64,000 nt of DNA from Microgenomates group bacterium ADurb.Bin219 (GTDB taxonomy: Bacteria > Patescibacteriota > Microgenomatia > UM-FILTER-40-11). The translations under genes and the position numbers were made by a program. Positions 34,609-44,745 of this stretch are shown piece by piece. The stretch covers positions 4,252-68,251 of the forward strand of contig MWCH01000001.1 of NCBI GenBank assembly GCA_002069945.1, given 5' to 3'. The notes beneath the pieces are model-generated. The model searched no databases. It worked only from the letters and a program-made list of their open reading frames with translations, and had not been told where the DNA came from. The stretch's first letter is position 1, and each line of letters opens with the position of its first letter.

Positions 34609-36549
34609 TCAGTTGAAATTTTCCCAAATAATTTCCCGGCCGTTCATTTTCAGAAGAAAATTATCAAGATCGGCGTTAATGAAATTTTTATCATCTGCAT
34701 CGGCGCCGACAGTCAGGAATTTGCCCAAAGAAAGATTAATGTTCGCTCCGGTTGATTCCTTGACTTCCCGATCGTTAATTTTCATTTTCATTTCCATCAG
34801 GGGGTTGCTCCAGGTAAAATTCAAATCATACCATTTGCCGGCTTGCCAATCGCCGATATCCAAAGAGATTGATTTTTTTATCTCTCCCTGTTCAAAGACA
34901 AAATCAAGGAAATTGGCAAAGCCTTCGCTTCTGGTTTTGGCGTAAAGCCGGATAGACGGAGAGACTCTTGATTCAAAAAGAAAACGCTCCGCTGCTTCCG
35001 CGCCGGTTTGGGAAAATCTTAAGGAAAAAGAAATTTCGCCGTCTTCCTGATTGCTAAAATAACCGTCAAAAAGAGGAAAAACCAGGGGCGGCAAGGGCGC
35101 GATTATTTGGGCGGCGAAATTGCCCGGTTCCTCTTCCTCGGCCGGAATTCTGGTCGAGGCCGGACTAAGGCGTCTTAATTTAATAACGGCTGTCGTAAAA
35201 GGTTTAAGGTTAAAACTTTTTTGCCAGGTTCTTCCGGAAGATTGAAATCTGAGGTTGCTTTCCGGATTTGTTTCGGATCCGAAAAAAGAAACGGATTCTT
35301 CAAATTCACCGGGTAAAAAATGATGCAAAGAAACCGAGAGGTCTTTTTCCCGGTTAGCGCCGGAATAAGGGAAAGAGGTTAAGAAGAGAACAAAATTGCC
35401 CTTGCCGTCGGTAGAGGAAAGACCGTAAACATTAAGGCCGTTTTCGTCTGCCGGCAAAAAATATTTCAGATTTTCGTTTAGAAGGGTAAAGGCGGCATAG
35501 CGGGGTTTTTTTAGACTGCCTTTTTCCTGGTGGGTCAATAATCCCCAGCGGCCCCAGAATTGGTTGCCCTTTGGGTCAAGGCCGTCTTTCAGTTCAAAAG
35601 CGAGCAATAAATCGACGGCACCGAAGGATTCCCCGACAGTGGCCAAAGTATGACTGGCATCAAAAAAACTGTCGTGGTTGGCCGACATTTCCGAATCCGA
35701 CCCCCATTCGGTAACAACTTTTTCCGTCTTTTTCCGGAAAGAATTAAAATTCGGCAGATTGTCAACCACCCCGGCTTCCAGTTTGATTTTTTTCGGATTG
35801 GCGCCGTAGGAATGCCAGGAAACAAAATCCAGACGGAGGTTGTTGGCTTTAACCAGGCCGAGGAAATCATTCAGCCAGGTTTTGTTGACGCCCAAAATCG
35901 CCGGACCGCCAAATTTAAAAGGTTGGCAATCAATCGCGCTTTCGGCTGCTTTGGCCGCGGCCAGATAAAGGGAAAAATATTCCGCCGGTTTAAATTTTCC
36001 GAAAACATCCGGCTCATTCCAGACTTCATAATAGAGGTTGCTTAAGTTTTTTCCGTTGCGGCCGCTATAGCGTTCAATGGTGGCCCGGATTAAATTTTCC
36101 CAGTCGGTTATTGACGAAGGCAGGGAAATAATTGAATTGGAAGCGGAGAATATCGGCGGTAGATAAGAAAGGGAAAGAAAAGGCAGGGCGCCGACAGCGG
36201 TAATTTCGGCAATTCTCTCGTCCAACTCTTCCCAGTGGTAACTGATTTCTCCTCTTTCGTCGCGGGAGACGACTTGGGAAAAATCAAAAAGATGATCAAT
36301 CCGGATATAGGAAGGCATTAGTTCGGCGACTGCTCCGCTTACCGGAGCGATTATTTTGGTTGTTTCTTCTCCTCCCTGGCCAAAACCCTGCCAGATTTTG
36401 GGAAAAATTTGGGGAGAGGCACCGTCTATATTAACGGTGACGGAAGTTTTTTCGGCTCGGCCGGCAAGGTTCCGGATAGTTTTCAGACTGACCAGGAAAA
36501 TCACTCCAACCAAAATCAAAAATAGCAGCTCGCCGATTAATTTTTTCAT
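34609..36549 (-). CDS. Secreted clan GH-A glycoside hydrolase (GH39-like) with a C-terminal LamG/concanavalin-like domain
   Basis: It has a signal/anchor sequence and a TIM-barrel region with YYEVWNEPD (the NEP acid/base motif of clan GH-A) and a later VTEWG nucleophile-like segment. The C-terminal beta-sandwich is about 180 aa. Confidence 0.55.
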   Translation of the reverse strand: MKKLIGELLFLILVGVIFLVSLKTIRNLAGRAEKTSVTVNIDGASPQIFPKIWQGFGQGGEETTKIIAPVSGAVAELMPSYIRIDHLFDFSQVVSRDERGEISYHWEELDERIAEITAVGALPFLSLSYLPPIFSASNSIISLPSSITDWENLIRATIERYSGRNGKNLSNLYYEVWNEPDVFGKFKPAEYFSLYLAAAKAAESAIDCQPFKFGGPAILGVNKTWLNDFLGLVKANNLRLDFVSWHSYGANPKKIKLEAGVVDNLPNFNSFRKKTEKVVTEWGSDSEMSANHDSFFDASHTLATVGESFGAVDLLLAFELKDGLDPKGNQFWGRWGLLTHQEKGSLKKPRYAAFTLLNENLKYFLPADENGLNVYGLSSTDGKGNFVLFLTSFPYSGANREKDLSVSLHHFLPGEFEESVSFFGSETNPESNLRFQSSGRTWQKSFNLKPFTTAVIKLRRLSPASTRIPAEEEEPGNFAAQIIAPLPPLVFPLFDGYFSNQEDGEISFSLRFSQTGAEAAERFLFESRVSPSIRLYAKTRSEGFANFLDFVFEQGEIKKSISLDIGDWQAGKWYDLNFTWSNPLMEMKMKINDREVKESTGANINLSLGKFLTVGADADDKNFINADLDNFLLKMNGREIIWENFN

Positions 36550-36550
36550 T

Positions 36551-37234
36551 TTACAAAACGGTTAAGACCAAAATCAAAAGGCCGATGCCGGCAATCACCA
36601 GAAGGGTTCCCAGTGGTTTTATTATTTTTGCCAAAGGGGAAACTGTTGCCGGAGTCTCGGTCGGCGAAGGAGTTATCAAGGGCGGACGTGTCGGCGAAAC
36701 AGCCGGAGAAATTTTTGCCGGTGACGCATTGGCGGAACCGCCAGGAGAAAGCGTTTCCAGACTTGCCGGAGAAGAAGTAAAAGAAATTTTTTCTCCACCG
36801 GCTGCCGCCAAAATTGTGGTGGAGTCAAGCCCGAATTTCAGCGGACCGTTTGTTTCTTTAAGGGCTTTTAATTGGACGGTAGCCAGGTTGCCGTTTCCGG
36901 ATTGTCCGGGAGTACTGAAAAGACTAAAAAGCAGTTTGCCTTCCTGGCTGTTAATTCGGCTGGTCAGAATTTGGGGATTGGCCAAAAAACTGCCGGGGGA
37001 AATTTTTTGGATTTCCCATAAAGCCGGATCATAACTTAAATCCAAATCGGCAGCAACCAGTTTTTGAGCGGTGGTAATTTTTACTTCCAGGGTAAAAACA
37101 TTACCGACCGGTCCTTTTATTACCGCCGGTTCCAAACTGAGAACGGTTTGGGCGGATGATTTTTTCACCTTGCCGAAAAGGAAAACCGGCAGTAAAAAAA
37201 GTAAGGAAAAGAATAGGCAGCAATATTTTTTCAT
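36551..37234 (-). CDS. Cohesin-domain protein with a C-terminal membrane anchor
   Basis: The product has a signal peptide. The cohesin-like core reads VIKGPVGNVFTLEVKITTAQKLVAADLDLSYDPALWEIQKISPGSF, which resembles cohesin domains with their D/L/S/YDP-x-L signature. It ends with a C-terminal transmembrane segment. Confidence 0.5.
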   Translation of the reverse strand: MKKYCCLFFSLLFLLPVFLFGKVKKSSAQTVLSLEPAVIKGPVGNVFTLEVKITTAQKLVAADLDLSYDPALWEIQKISPGSFLANPQILTSRINSQEGKLLFSLFSTPGQSGNGNLATVQLKALKETNGPLKFGLDSTTILAAAGGEKISFTSSPASLETLSPGGSANASPAKISPAVSPTRPPLITPSPTETPATVSPLAKIIKPLGTLLVIAGIGLLILVLTVL

Positions 37235-37252
37235 TGGCTCAAATCAATCTTA

Positions 37253-38740
37253 TCATAAGCCCGCCGGTCCCGATTGGCGGTAATTGGCCAGCAGTATCGT
37301 CAAGTCCAACCCGTTAACTTGGCCGTCAAAATTTAAATCGGCCGGGCTGGTGGTCTTTTCCTGGTTGCGGAATTGACCAACCAAAATTCCCAAATCCAAA
37401 GAATCAATCCGGTCGTCGTTATTCAAATCGCCTCTGACCAAGGGCCGGTCGGAAAAATCGTAAAAATTGCTACCCGGATTGACTTTTATCGCTTTAAGCT
37501 CCCGGCTAAGGGAAAAATTCTCCTTTAAGCTAAGGTCAAAAGTTCCTTCGGCAGGCGAGTCTATTTTTCCCCGGTATTCTCCTTCGGCTTGATTTCTTAA
37601 AGCCAAAGTTTCTTTTAATTTCGGGGTGGCCGAATCGGAACTTTGCAGAATAATTTCGGCGGTTAATTCTTCCGGATATTTTTCCGTTGGTGGAAATTTA
37701 ACCCTTACTTCCAGAAAAGTTGCCGGCGTCGGCGTTGGACTGGGAATTATTTTTGTTTCCTTCGGAACTGCGGGAGCAACGCTTGCTGTCGGCAAAGGCA
37801 GACGGAGAATCAAATTGATCGGATTGGTTTTGTCTGTCGGCGCAAAGGGACAGTTATGGGGGCTGAGATTAAAACAATCTTGGGAAAAGACGGAAGGAAT
37901 CAATTGGTAAAGAGAAGTTGTTTTACCTTCCGAATCTTCGGCGCGGAGCCGGAGAAGATCAATTCCCGGATCATAGGCAAGGTATTCGTTAAGATTTTGA
38001 TTGAGAAAGTCGGCCAGATTGATTACCCATTTGCCCTGGGAGTTGGTCAGGGTTGAAAGAAGCGAGGATTTTCCGGGAATTTCGGCGAAAACAAGGGTTT
38101 CTTTAAGGATTTGGCGATATTGGTCATTTGTTTGGCCCCAAATTAAATTTGGCCGGTAGCAGGGGCTGATAACTCCTTTTTCGGTGCCGTCGCTGCAGGG
38201 TTTCCAGGAGCCGGGTTCCAGGCTATAGGCGCCTTCGGTATTTTTTCCGGAAACCGGAACCCGGGGATTAAAACCGATCCACCTTGCCGTTCTTTGTTCC
38301 AGCGCTAGGCCGTCTTTTTGCCAGCTTCCGTCCAGCCTTTGATAATAAACTCCGCTGCCGGAAACAATGGCAAAATAATAGATTTGGCCGGGGTTAAGGT
38401 TTTCCAGATTAACATAATGGACCAACGAGGAGGTTGCCGGTCCGCGGATATCCAGGCCGGTTTTGTAATCTCCCGATCTTTTTTCCACCGCTTCTTTGGA
38501 GGTTGAATAAATAACGTTGCCGGTGGTTTTCTTTTCGGTCAGCCAACTGACGGTAAAACCCTGGCTGGAAACATTGGAAACAATTACTTTTTGCGGAGCC
38601 GAATCTATTTCCGCGGCCCGGTTTTTAAAAATAACTCTTTGGACCAAGACGGTTAGGCCAAAAAGCAAAACCAGGTTCAAATAGAAAAACTTTAAAAAAG
38701 AAAATTTGTTTACGGATGATTTTTTATTTTTTCCGGCCAT
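37253..38740 (-). CDS. Membrane-anchored FN3/PAP-N-like protein (paralog D) ending in a type I dockerin
   Basis: An N-terminal transmembrane segment is followed by PQKVIVSNVSSQGFTVSWLTEKKTTG ... VHYVNLENLNPGQIYYFAIVS. The C-terminus has two calcium-binding dockerin repeats (DLNNDDRIDSLDLGILVGQF and DLNFDGQVNGLDLTILLANY). The ATG is at 38740. Confidence 0.7.
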   Translation of the reverse strand: MAGKNKKSSVNKFSFLKFFYLNLVLLFGLTVLVQRVIFKNRAAEIDSAPQKVIVSNVSSQGFTVSWLTEKKTTGNVIYSTSKEAVEKRSGDYKTGLDIRGPATSSLVHYVNLENLNPGQIYYFAIVSGSGVYYQRLDGSWQKDGLALEQRTARWIGFNPRVPVSGKNTEGAYSLEPGSWKPCSDGTEKGVISPCYRPNLIWGQTNDQYRQILKETLVFAEIPGKSSLLSTLTNSQGKWVINLADFLNQNLNEYLAYDPGIDLLRLRAEDSEGKTTSLYQLIPSVFSQDCFNLSPHNCPFAPTDKTNPINLILRLPLPTASVAPAVPKETKIIPSPTPTPATFLEVRVKFPPTEKYPEELTAEIILQSSDSATPKLKETLALRNQAEGEYRGKIDSPAEGTFDLSLKENFSLSRELKAIKVNPGSNFYDFSDRPLVRGDLNNDDRIDSLDLGILVGQFRNQEKTTSPADLNFDGQVNGLDLTILLANYRQSGPAGL

Positions 38741-38889
38741 CAAGAGAAGTATAGCTTTAGCCAGGCCAAAGAATCAAGGGACCGGAGGTATTAGATAATT
38801 GAAGATTAACGGATTAAAAAATTAACAAAATTTCTTTTACTCTCTTACTCTCCCGCCCTTTTACTCTATATAATGCTTCTTGACATTCT

Positions 38890-38916
38890 TTAGCAGTCAT
38901 GGTAAGTTAGTGCTAA
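38890..38916 (+). promoter_or_regulatory. CIRCE-like inverted repeat (HrcA operator) overlapping a TTGACA -35-like hexamer
   Basis: The element reads TTAGCAGTC-N9-TAGTGCTAA, against the CIRCE consensus TTAGCACTC-N9-GAGTGCTAA. Each half matches 8 of 9 positions. It lies 15 nt upstream of the hrcA ATG, and TTGACA is at 38880-38885. Confidence 0.5.
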
Positions 38917-38931
38917 TTGGATAAAAAAGAG

Positions 38932-39663
38932 ATGACCGAATTAAGCGAAAGACAAACAAAAATTTTAAAGGCGATTATTGAAGATTTTATTGAGACCGCT
39001 TCTCCCGTCGGTTCGGAAACAATTGAGAAGAAATATAACATGGGCGTTTCTCCGGCAACAATCAGAAACGAGATGGTCAAGTTGACCGAGGCCGGTTATT
39101 TAAAACAGGTTTATACTTCTTCCGGCCGGACGCCGACGCCGATGGCGCTTAAACATTACGTCAACAATTTAATGAAATCGGAAAAATTGACTTTAACCGA
39201 AGAAGTGGCGGTCAAGGAAAAAATCTGGGATTATCGGGCGGAATTTGAAAAGTTATTAAGAGAATCTACCCGGGAATTGGCCAAGAGAACCAAGATGCTT
39301 TCTTTGGCTACTTCCGACAAGGGCGAGGTTTTCAGCTCCGGAGTGGGCAACATTCTTGAATCACCGGAATTTTACGATATTGATTTGACGAAAACCATTC
39401 TTTCCTACTTGGACCAATTTGATTTTTGGTCCAACTTGGTGGAAAAGGCGGCCGAATCGCTTGATCCGATTCATCTGGTCTTGGGCGACGAATTGGGGAT
39501 GGAGATGTTTGAGCCTTGCGGATTTATTTACACCCGTTACAAAGCCGGCCCCCACGAAGGGACAATCGGGGTTGTCGGTCCGTCACGCGTCCGGTATTCA
39601 AAGATCATTCCGATGGTTAAATACTTCGGGGAGCTTATTGAAGAGGTCAGCAAGAATTGGTAA
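38932..39663 (+). CDS. hrcA: Heat-inducible transcription repressor HrcA (short form)
   Basis: The N-terminal winged-helix region reads LSERQTKILKAIIEDFIETASPVGSETI ... GVSPATIRNEM. Confidence 0.8.
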   Translation: MTELSERQTKILKAIIEDFIETASPVGSETIEKKYNMGVSPATIRNEMVKLTEAGYLKQVYTSSGRTPTPMALKHYVNNLMKSEKLTLTEEVAVKEKIWDYRAEFEKLLRESTRELAKRTKMLSLATSDKGEVFSSGVGNILESPEFYDIDLTKTILSYLDQFDFWSNLVEKAAESLDPIHLVLGDELGMEMFEPCGFIYTRYKAGPHEGTIGVVGPSRVRYSKIIPMVKYFGELIEEVSKNW

Positions 39664-39685
39664 GTTATAAAAGCAAAGGAACAAT

Positions 39686-40114
39686 ATGGCCGATTTAAAA
39701 AAAGACCAGCCTAAAAAACAGATTGAAGATTTGACCAACCGTTGGAAACGGGCGTTGGCGGATTATCAGAATTTGGAAAAAAGATACGAAAAGGAAAAAG
39801 CGGATTTTGTTCAATTCGCCAATTCGAATTTGATTTTAAAACTGTTAAATATTCTCGGTCATTTGGAAAAAGCGTCGGAGCACCTTAAAGATGAAGGCCT
39901 TGATTTGGTGATTGTTGAATTCAAAAGGCTTTTAGATAATGAAGGATTGGAGGAAATTGATTGTTTGGGCAAGCCTTTTGATCCGGAAATAATGGAAGCG
40001 ATTGAAGTTGTTAAGGGCGGGGAAGCTAATCGGGTAGCCGAAGTTGTCGGCAAGGGCTATCTGTTAAAAGGACGGCTTTTGTCGGCGGCGAAAGTGAAAG
40101 TATATAAAGAATAG
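39686..40114 (+). CDS. grpE: Nucleotide exchange factor GrpE (short)
   Basis: It has RALADYQNLEKRYEKEK followed by the beta-sheet C-terminal domain. Its position between hrcA and dnaK supports the call. Confidence 0.8.
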   Translation: MADLKKDQPKKQIEDLTNRWKRALADYQNLEKRYEKEKADFVQFANSNLILKLLNILGHLEKASEHLKDEGLDLVIVEFKRLLDNEGLEEIDCLGKPFDPEIMEAIEVVKGGEANRVAEVVGKGYLLKGRLLSAAKVKVYKE

Positions 40115-40261
40115 AGTCCCTCGACTCCCTCGACTTTGCTCGGAATAAGTTCGCTCGGGATAAACTACAAGAGCAAAAGAGTTTGGGGATGTTGGGAATA
40201 TTAGAGATTTAGAAATTATAATTAAAAATTAAAAGAAAGATTTTAAAGGAGGTTAAATAAT

Positions 40262-42178
40262 ATGTCTAAAATAGTTGGCATTGATTTAGGAACAACTTTT
40301 TCCGAAGTCGCCGTTATGGAAGGCGGCAAACCAAAAATTATTTTTTCCGCCGAAGGAAGAAACACGATTCCTTCGGTAGTGGACCCCATTAACCATATTG
40401 TCGGAGACGTTGCCCGAAGGCAGTTGGTTTTAAAACCGAAATCAACCATTTTCTCCGTTAAAAGATTGATGGGAAGGAAATTTTCCGACCCCTCGGTCCA
40501 ACACGATATCAAATGGTTACCTTACAAAATCGTTGAGGGGAAAAACGGAATGGCTTGTGTTGAAGTTGAAGGCAAGGTCTTTACGCCCCAGGAGATTTCG
40601 GCGATGGTTTTGCAAAAAGTTAAAGCGGATGCGGAAGCCTATTTGGGCGAGAAGGTAACGGCGGCGGTAATTACCTGTCCGGCCTATTTTGACGATTCCC
40701 AAAGGCAGGCAACCAAGCAGGCGGGAGAAATTGCCGGGTTTGAAGTGAAAAGGGTAATTAACGAGCCGACCGCTTCGGCTTTGGCTTACGGATTGGATAA
40801 AAAAGGCGCCAAAAAAATCGCGGTTTACGATTTCGGCGGCGGCACCTTTGATATTTCCATTTTGGAGTTGGGCGAAGGCGTCTATGAAGTCAAGGCCACC
40901 AACGGCGACACCCATTTGGGCGGCGACGATTTTGACAAGGCAATTTGGGATTGGATCGCGGACGAGTTCAAAAAGGAAAACGGCGTTGATTTAAGAAAAG
41001 ATCCCCAGGCCCTGCAAAGAATCAGGGACGCAGCGGAAAAAGCCAAGATTGAACTTTCCACTTCTTTGGAAACGGAAATCAATCAGCCTTTTATCACCCA
41101 AGGAAAAGAAGGTCCGTTGCACTTGACGATGAAATTGACCCGGGCCAAATTGGAAAGCCTGACCGCAGATTTGATTGAGAAATCAATTGCTCCGGTCAAG
41201 GCCTGCTTAAAGGACGCCAAATTAACAATCAAGGATATTGACGAAGTTATTTTGGTCGGCGGCATGACCCGGATGCCCAAGATGATCGAGGCGGTCAAGG
41301 AATTTTTCGGCAAAGAACCGAACCGGTCCGTTAATCCGGACGAAGCGGTGGCTTTAGGCGCGGCGATTCAGGCCGGAGTTTTAGGCGGCGAAGTAAAAGA
41401 CGTTCTTCTTTTGGATGTCACGCCTTTAACTTTAGGAATTGAGACCTTGGGGCAGGTTTCAACTCCTTTAATTGCCAGGAATACGACCATCCCGACTTCC
41501 AAGTCGCAGGTCTTTTCCACGGCGGCCGATAATCAGACCTCGGTTGAAATTAACGTTTTACAGGGCGAGCGGCCGATGGCCCCGGACAATAAATCTTTGG
41601 GCCGGTTTATCTTGGACGGGATTCCGCCGTCACCAAGGGGAATTCCCCAGATTGAGGTTTCCTTTGATATTGACGCCAACGGCATCTTAAACGTTACGGC
41701 CAAAGACAAAGCGACCGGACGTTCGCAATCGGTTTCCATTAAAGGTTCAACCGGTTTGGCCAAAGACGAAGTGGAAAAAATGACCAAGGAAGCGGAAGCC
41801 CATGCCAGCGAAGACCAGGCGAAGAAAGATGCCATTGAGGCAAAGAACAAGGCCGACACCTTAATTTATACGGCCGAAAAAACTTTGAAAGACGCCGGCG
41901 ATAAGGTTTCCGAAGAGATTAAAAAAGAAGTGGAAGAAAAGATAAGCAATCTTAAGGGAATTTTGGAAACCGGTTCCAAAGAAGAATTGGAAGCCAAAAC
42001 CAACGAGCTTTCCGATTCTTTACAAAAAGTCGGCTCGGCGATGTACAAATCCAGTCAAGGGGAAGCGGGAAAAAGCGAACAGCCGGGGCAAACAGGACCA
42101 GGAACGGAGACAGAACAGAAAGCGGAAGAGCAGAAGGCCGATAAAGACAAAGCGGAAGAAGGAGAAGTGGTTAATTAA
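40262..42178 (+). CDS. dnaK: Molecular chaperone DnaK (Hsp70)
   Basis: The sequence has [28 protein letters not shown] and DIDANGIL, and ends in an acidic EEVD-like C-terminal tail. Confidence 0.95.
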   Translation: MSKIVGIDLGTTFSEVAVMEGGKPKIIFSAEGRNTIPSVVDPINHIVGDVARRQLVLKPKSTIFSVKRLMGRKFSDPSVQHDIKWLPYKIVEGKNGMACVEVEGKVFTPQEISAMVLQKVKADAEAYLGEKVTAAVITCPAYFDDSQRQATKQAGEIAGFEVKRVINEPTASALAYGLDKKGAKKIAVYDFGGGTFDISILELGEGVYEVKATNGDTHLGGDDFDKAIWDWIADEFKKENGVDLRKDPQALQRIRDAAEKAKIELSTSLETEINQPFITQGKEGPLHLTMKLTRAKLESLTADLIEKSIAPVKACLKDAKLTIKDIDEVILVGGMTRMPKMIEAVKEFFGKEPNRSVNPDEAVALGAAIQAGVLGGEVKDVLLLDVTPLTLGIETLGQVSTPLIARNTTIPTSKSQVFSTAADNQTSVEINVLQGERPMAPDNKSLGRFILDGIPPSPRGIPQIEVSFDIDANGILNVTAKDKATGRSQSVSIKGSTGLAKDEVEKMTKEAEAHASEDQAKKDAIEAKNKADTLIYTAEKTLKDAGDKVSEEIKKEVEEKISNLKGILETGSKEELEAKTNELSDSLQKVGSAMYKSSQGEAGKSEQPGQTGPGTETEQKAEEQKADKDKAEEGEVVN

Positions 42179-42193
42179 AATTTAAAAAAAAGT

Positions 42194-42236
42194 GGGGGCG
42201 GGATGCGAGAAGCGGGTCGCCCCCATTTCTTATTTA
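42194..42236 (+). terminator. GC-rich hairpin with a T-rich tail between dnaK and dnaJ (attenuator/terminator-like)
   Basis: GGGGGCG at 42194-42200 pairs with CGCCCCC at 42218-42224, followed by ATTTCTTATTT. The loop contains the recurring GCGAGAAGCGGG motif. Confidence 0.35.
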
Positions 42237-43132
42237 TGGTCACTACCAAAGATTATTACGAAATTTTGGGCGTAAACAAAAGCGCTTCGGTCGACGAGCT
42301 TAAAAAAGCTTACCGCAAGCAGGCTTTGGAATGGCATCCGGACAGGAATAAATCACCGGAAGCGGAAAAAAGATTTAAGGAAGTCAACGAGGCTTACGAA
42401 GTTTTATCGGATAAAGAAAAACGGGCGGCTTATGATCAATACGGCCATTCGGCTTTTCAGCCGGGTGGCGGATTCGGCGCCGGCGCCGGGCCTTTCGGCG
42501 GCCGGACCAGAAGTTATCAGCAGGGACCTTTTTCCTACACTTATACGACTTACGGAGGCGAGGAAATGCCGGAAGGAATGGGTTTTGATTTCGGCGGATT
42601 TTCCGATCCTTTTGAAATTTTTAGCCAGTTTTTCGGCGGCGGTTCGCCTTTCGGCGGCCAGGGCCGCTCGCAGAGAATTCCCCGATACGGCATCTCCTTA
42701 AGTTTTATGGAGGCGGCCAAAGGCGTTGAGAAAGAAGTTGAAATTCCCAAGGTCGGCCGCAAGAAGATCAAAATTCCCGCCGGAGTTGACGACGGAAGCA
42801 GGATTAAGTTTTCCGATTTTTACCTGACGATTGAGGTCAAGCCGGATAAAACGTTTAAGCGTGAAGGCTATGACGTCTATATCAAAAAGGAGATTTCCTT
42901 AAGCCAGGCAATTTTAGGTGCGGTTGTCGGCGTTCCGACAATTGACGGCGAGCTTAATTTGCGCGTCCGGCCGGGGACCCAGCCCAATACCATGGTTCGG
43001 CTTCGTGGCCAGGGTATTCCGGTTCCTCATTCTCATCAGCGGGGCGACCAATATGTCCGTTTGGAAGTAAAAATTCCCGAGAAGCTTTCCCGAAGGCAAA
43101 GGGAACTTTTGGAAGAATTTGAGCAAAGCTAG
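42236..43132 (+). CDS. dnaJ: DnaJ-family co-chaperone lacking the zinc-finger domain (type II/CbpA-like)
   Basis: It has a J domain (DYYEILGV ... HPDRN with HPD), a G/F-rich region and C-terminal domains. I saw no CxxCxGxG repeats. Confidence 0.75.
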   Translation: MVTTKDYYEILGVNKSASVDELKKAYRKQALEWHPDRNKSPEAEKRFKEVNEAYEVLSDKEKRAAYDQYGHSAFQPGGGFGAGAGPFGGRTRSYQQGPFSYTYTTYGGEEMPEGMGFDFGGFSDPFEIFSQFFGGGSPFGGQGRSQRIPRYGISLSFMEAAKGVEKEVEIPKVGRKKIKIPAGVDDGSRIKFSDFYLTIEVKPDKTFKREGYDVYIKKEISLSQAILGAVVGVPTIDGELNLRVRPGTQPNTMVRLRGQGIPVPHSHQRGDQYVRLEVKIPEKLSRRQRELLEEFEQS

Positions 43133-43141
43133 AACTTCATC

Positions 43142-43206
43142 GTTTTTAACGGTTTTTACCAGTTTTTAGGCTTCTTTTTACCTGTTTTTACCAGTTCTTA
43201 CCAGCC
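43142..43206. repeat. Five degenerate direct repeats of GTTTTTACCAG in the dnaJ-protease intergenic region
   Basis: The repeats are gtttttaac, gtttttaccag, gtttttag, gtttttaccag and gttcttaccag. Confidence 0.55.
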
Positions 43207-43313
43207 TAGTTTGTGGAAAATTTGTGTTCATTTGGTATTTAGTTTGCTTTTCTTGTATGATTTGGTTAGTTAAGATAGCCAAGATATTAAAAATATCAAA
43301 GGAGGTGAAAAAA

Positions 43314-44060
43314 ATGAGGAAGATAATTTTAACTCTATCTCTATTTCTGCTTCTTTTGGTTACCCTGGTGACCCCATTGGCTCGTGCCCAGAATGAGGTA
43401 GAAAGACCAAGGGGATTGGAAGATAAAGGTCCTTTAACCAAAATCACCTTTATTCATTATAAAAACGGGACGGTCAGACAATATCCCGCAACCAAGCCTA
43501 AGGTTTCCGCTTGCTATACTTTTTTAGCCAGCGGCGCCAAGTGGAAGACTACGGAAGAATATTTAATTAACCCGATTAACCAAGACGGGCTAAGCGGAGA
43601 TTTTATTAAAGACGCTTTTGATAAAGGAACAACTGCCTGGGAGAGCCAGGTCAGCTTTAATATTTTCGGAAGTTCAATTTTAGATTCGGCTTCCGTTTAC
43701 CAGACAGAATCTCCGGACGGGGAAAATGTAGTTGTTTTTGATGATTATCCGGACAACGGAGTTATTGCCATCACTTCGGTTTGGGGATATTTTTCCGGTC
43801 CGCCCAAAACACGCGAGTTAATTGAATGGGATATGCTTTTAAACGAAAGGTTTGTTTGGGGGAATGCCGACGGCAATGAATCGGTAATGGATTTACAAAA
43901 CATTGCCACTCACGAGTTGGGTCACAGCGCCGGCATGGGTGATTTATATACCACCGATTGTAATCTGGAAACAATGTTCGGCTACTCTAGCGAAGGGGAA
44001 ATAATTAAAAGGGATTTAAATTCGGGAGATATCGTGGGAATTAAAAAGCTTTATCCTTAA
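43314..44060 (+). CDS. Secreted metzincin-type zinc metalloprotease (matrixin/snapalysin-like)
   Basis: An RBS-like AGGAGG lies 7 nt upstream. The product has a signal peptide, the motif HELGHSAGMGDLY (HExxHxxGxxD) and a Met-turn-like TMFGY. Confidence 0.65.
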   Translation: MRKIILTLSLFLLLLVTLVTPLARAQNEVERPRGLEDKGPLTKITFIHYKNGTVRQYPATKPKVSACYTFLASGAKWKTTEEYLINPINQDGLSGDFIKDAFDKGTTAWESQVSFNIFGSSILDSASVYQTESPDGENVVVFDDYPDNGVIAITSVWGYFSGPPKTRELIEWDMLLNERFVWGNADGNESVMDLQNIATHELGHSAGMGDLYTTDCNLETMFGYSSEGEIIKRDLNSGDIVGIKKLYP

Positions 44061-44149
44061 ACCGTTAGTTTAATTTTGGTGATTTCCTAGGGAGTTTAGT
44101 TTTTGTGGCATAAACTTCCAATTTATATTTATGATCTATAATCAAGATA

Positions 44150-44731
44150 ATGATAGAAATTGAGATAAGGGGAAAAATAAGCCCAAAAGATTTTGAAAGA
44201 CTGAGCGGGCTTTTTAGCCAGGAAGGGAAATTAATAAGGCATTACCATCGTCTTTCGGTTGATCTTTCTCCGGGTTTTGATCCAAAGACTAGATCTTGGC
44301 CTAAAGATGATCAATTAGATTTAAGAATTAAAAAGACAGATGAAGAAGAAAAAATTTCCGTTAAGGTAGGAAACATAAACGCCCAGGAGAGAGAAGAGGT
44401 TGAGATTAGATTAAAGGAAGGGGAATTTGAAGATGCGGTAAAGATGTTTACGGCCTTAGGATTTAAACAGGGAATGATTTATTTTTGGCAAAGTTGGGAA
44501 TATGTTTATAAAAAGTTTGAAGTTAAGCTCACCCGATACGGCGAAGAATATTATTCTTTGGAGATTGAATCTCCGGAAAAAAATCTTGACCCGAATGTTT
44601 TAGCCAAGGAATTAAACTTAGATCCTTTTACCGACAAGGAATACAAAAAAGAAATTAACTGGCAGAATTTTAATCTTCACCAAATATTTTCCTTAAAAGC
44701 GGTTGAAAAAATTTTAAAAGAAAATTTTTAA
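44150..44731 (+). CDS. CYTH-domain protein (CyaB/thiamine-triphosphatase-like)
   Basis: The N-terminus MIEIEIRGKI matches the ExExK signature of CYTH domains. An acidic patch lies downstream. Confidence 0.55.
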   Translation: MIEIEIRGKISPKDFERLSGLFSQEGKLIRHYHRLSVDLSPGFDPKTRSWPKDDQLDLRIKKTDEEEKISVKVGNINAQEREEVEIRLKEGEFEDAVKMFTALGFKQGMIYFWQSWEYVYKKFEVKLTRYGEEYYSLEIESPEKNLDPNVLAKELNLDPFTDKEYKKEINWQNFNLHQIFSLKAVEKILKENF

Positions 44732-44745
44732 CCCAGAAAAAGATT

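Noticed and set aside
35650-36045. 131-aa plus-strand ORF, plus ORFs 36585..37034(+) and 37626..37910(+)
   Set aside because: They are antisense to the GH39-like, cohesin-like and dockerin genes respectively. Their protein composition is consistent with GC-skewed antisense reading.
40120-40160. CCCTCGACT direct repeat between grpE and dnaK as a possible CRISPR-like or tRNA element
   Set aside because: There are only two short copies, with no spacer-repeat periodicity and no tRNA-like structure. The region ends in a strong RBS (AAAGGAGG) for dnaK, so it is ordinary leader sequence.
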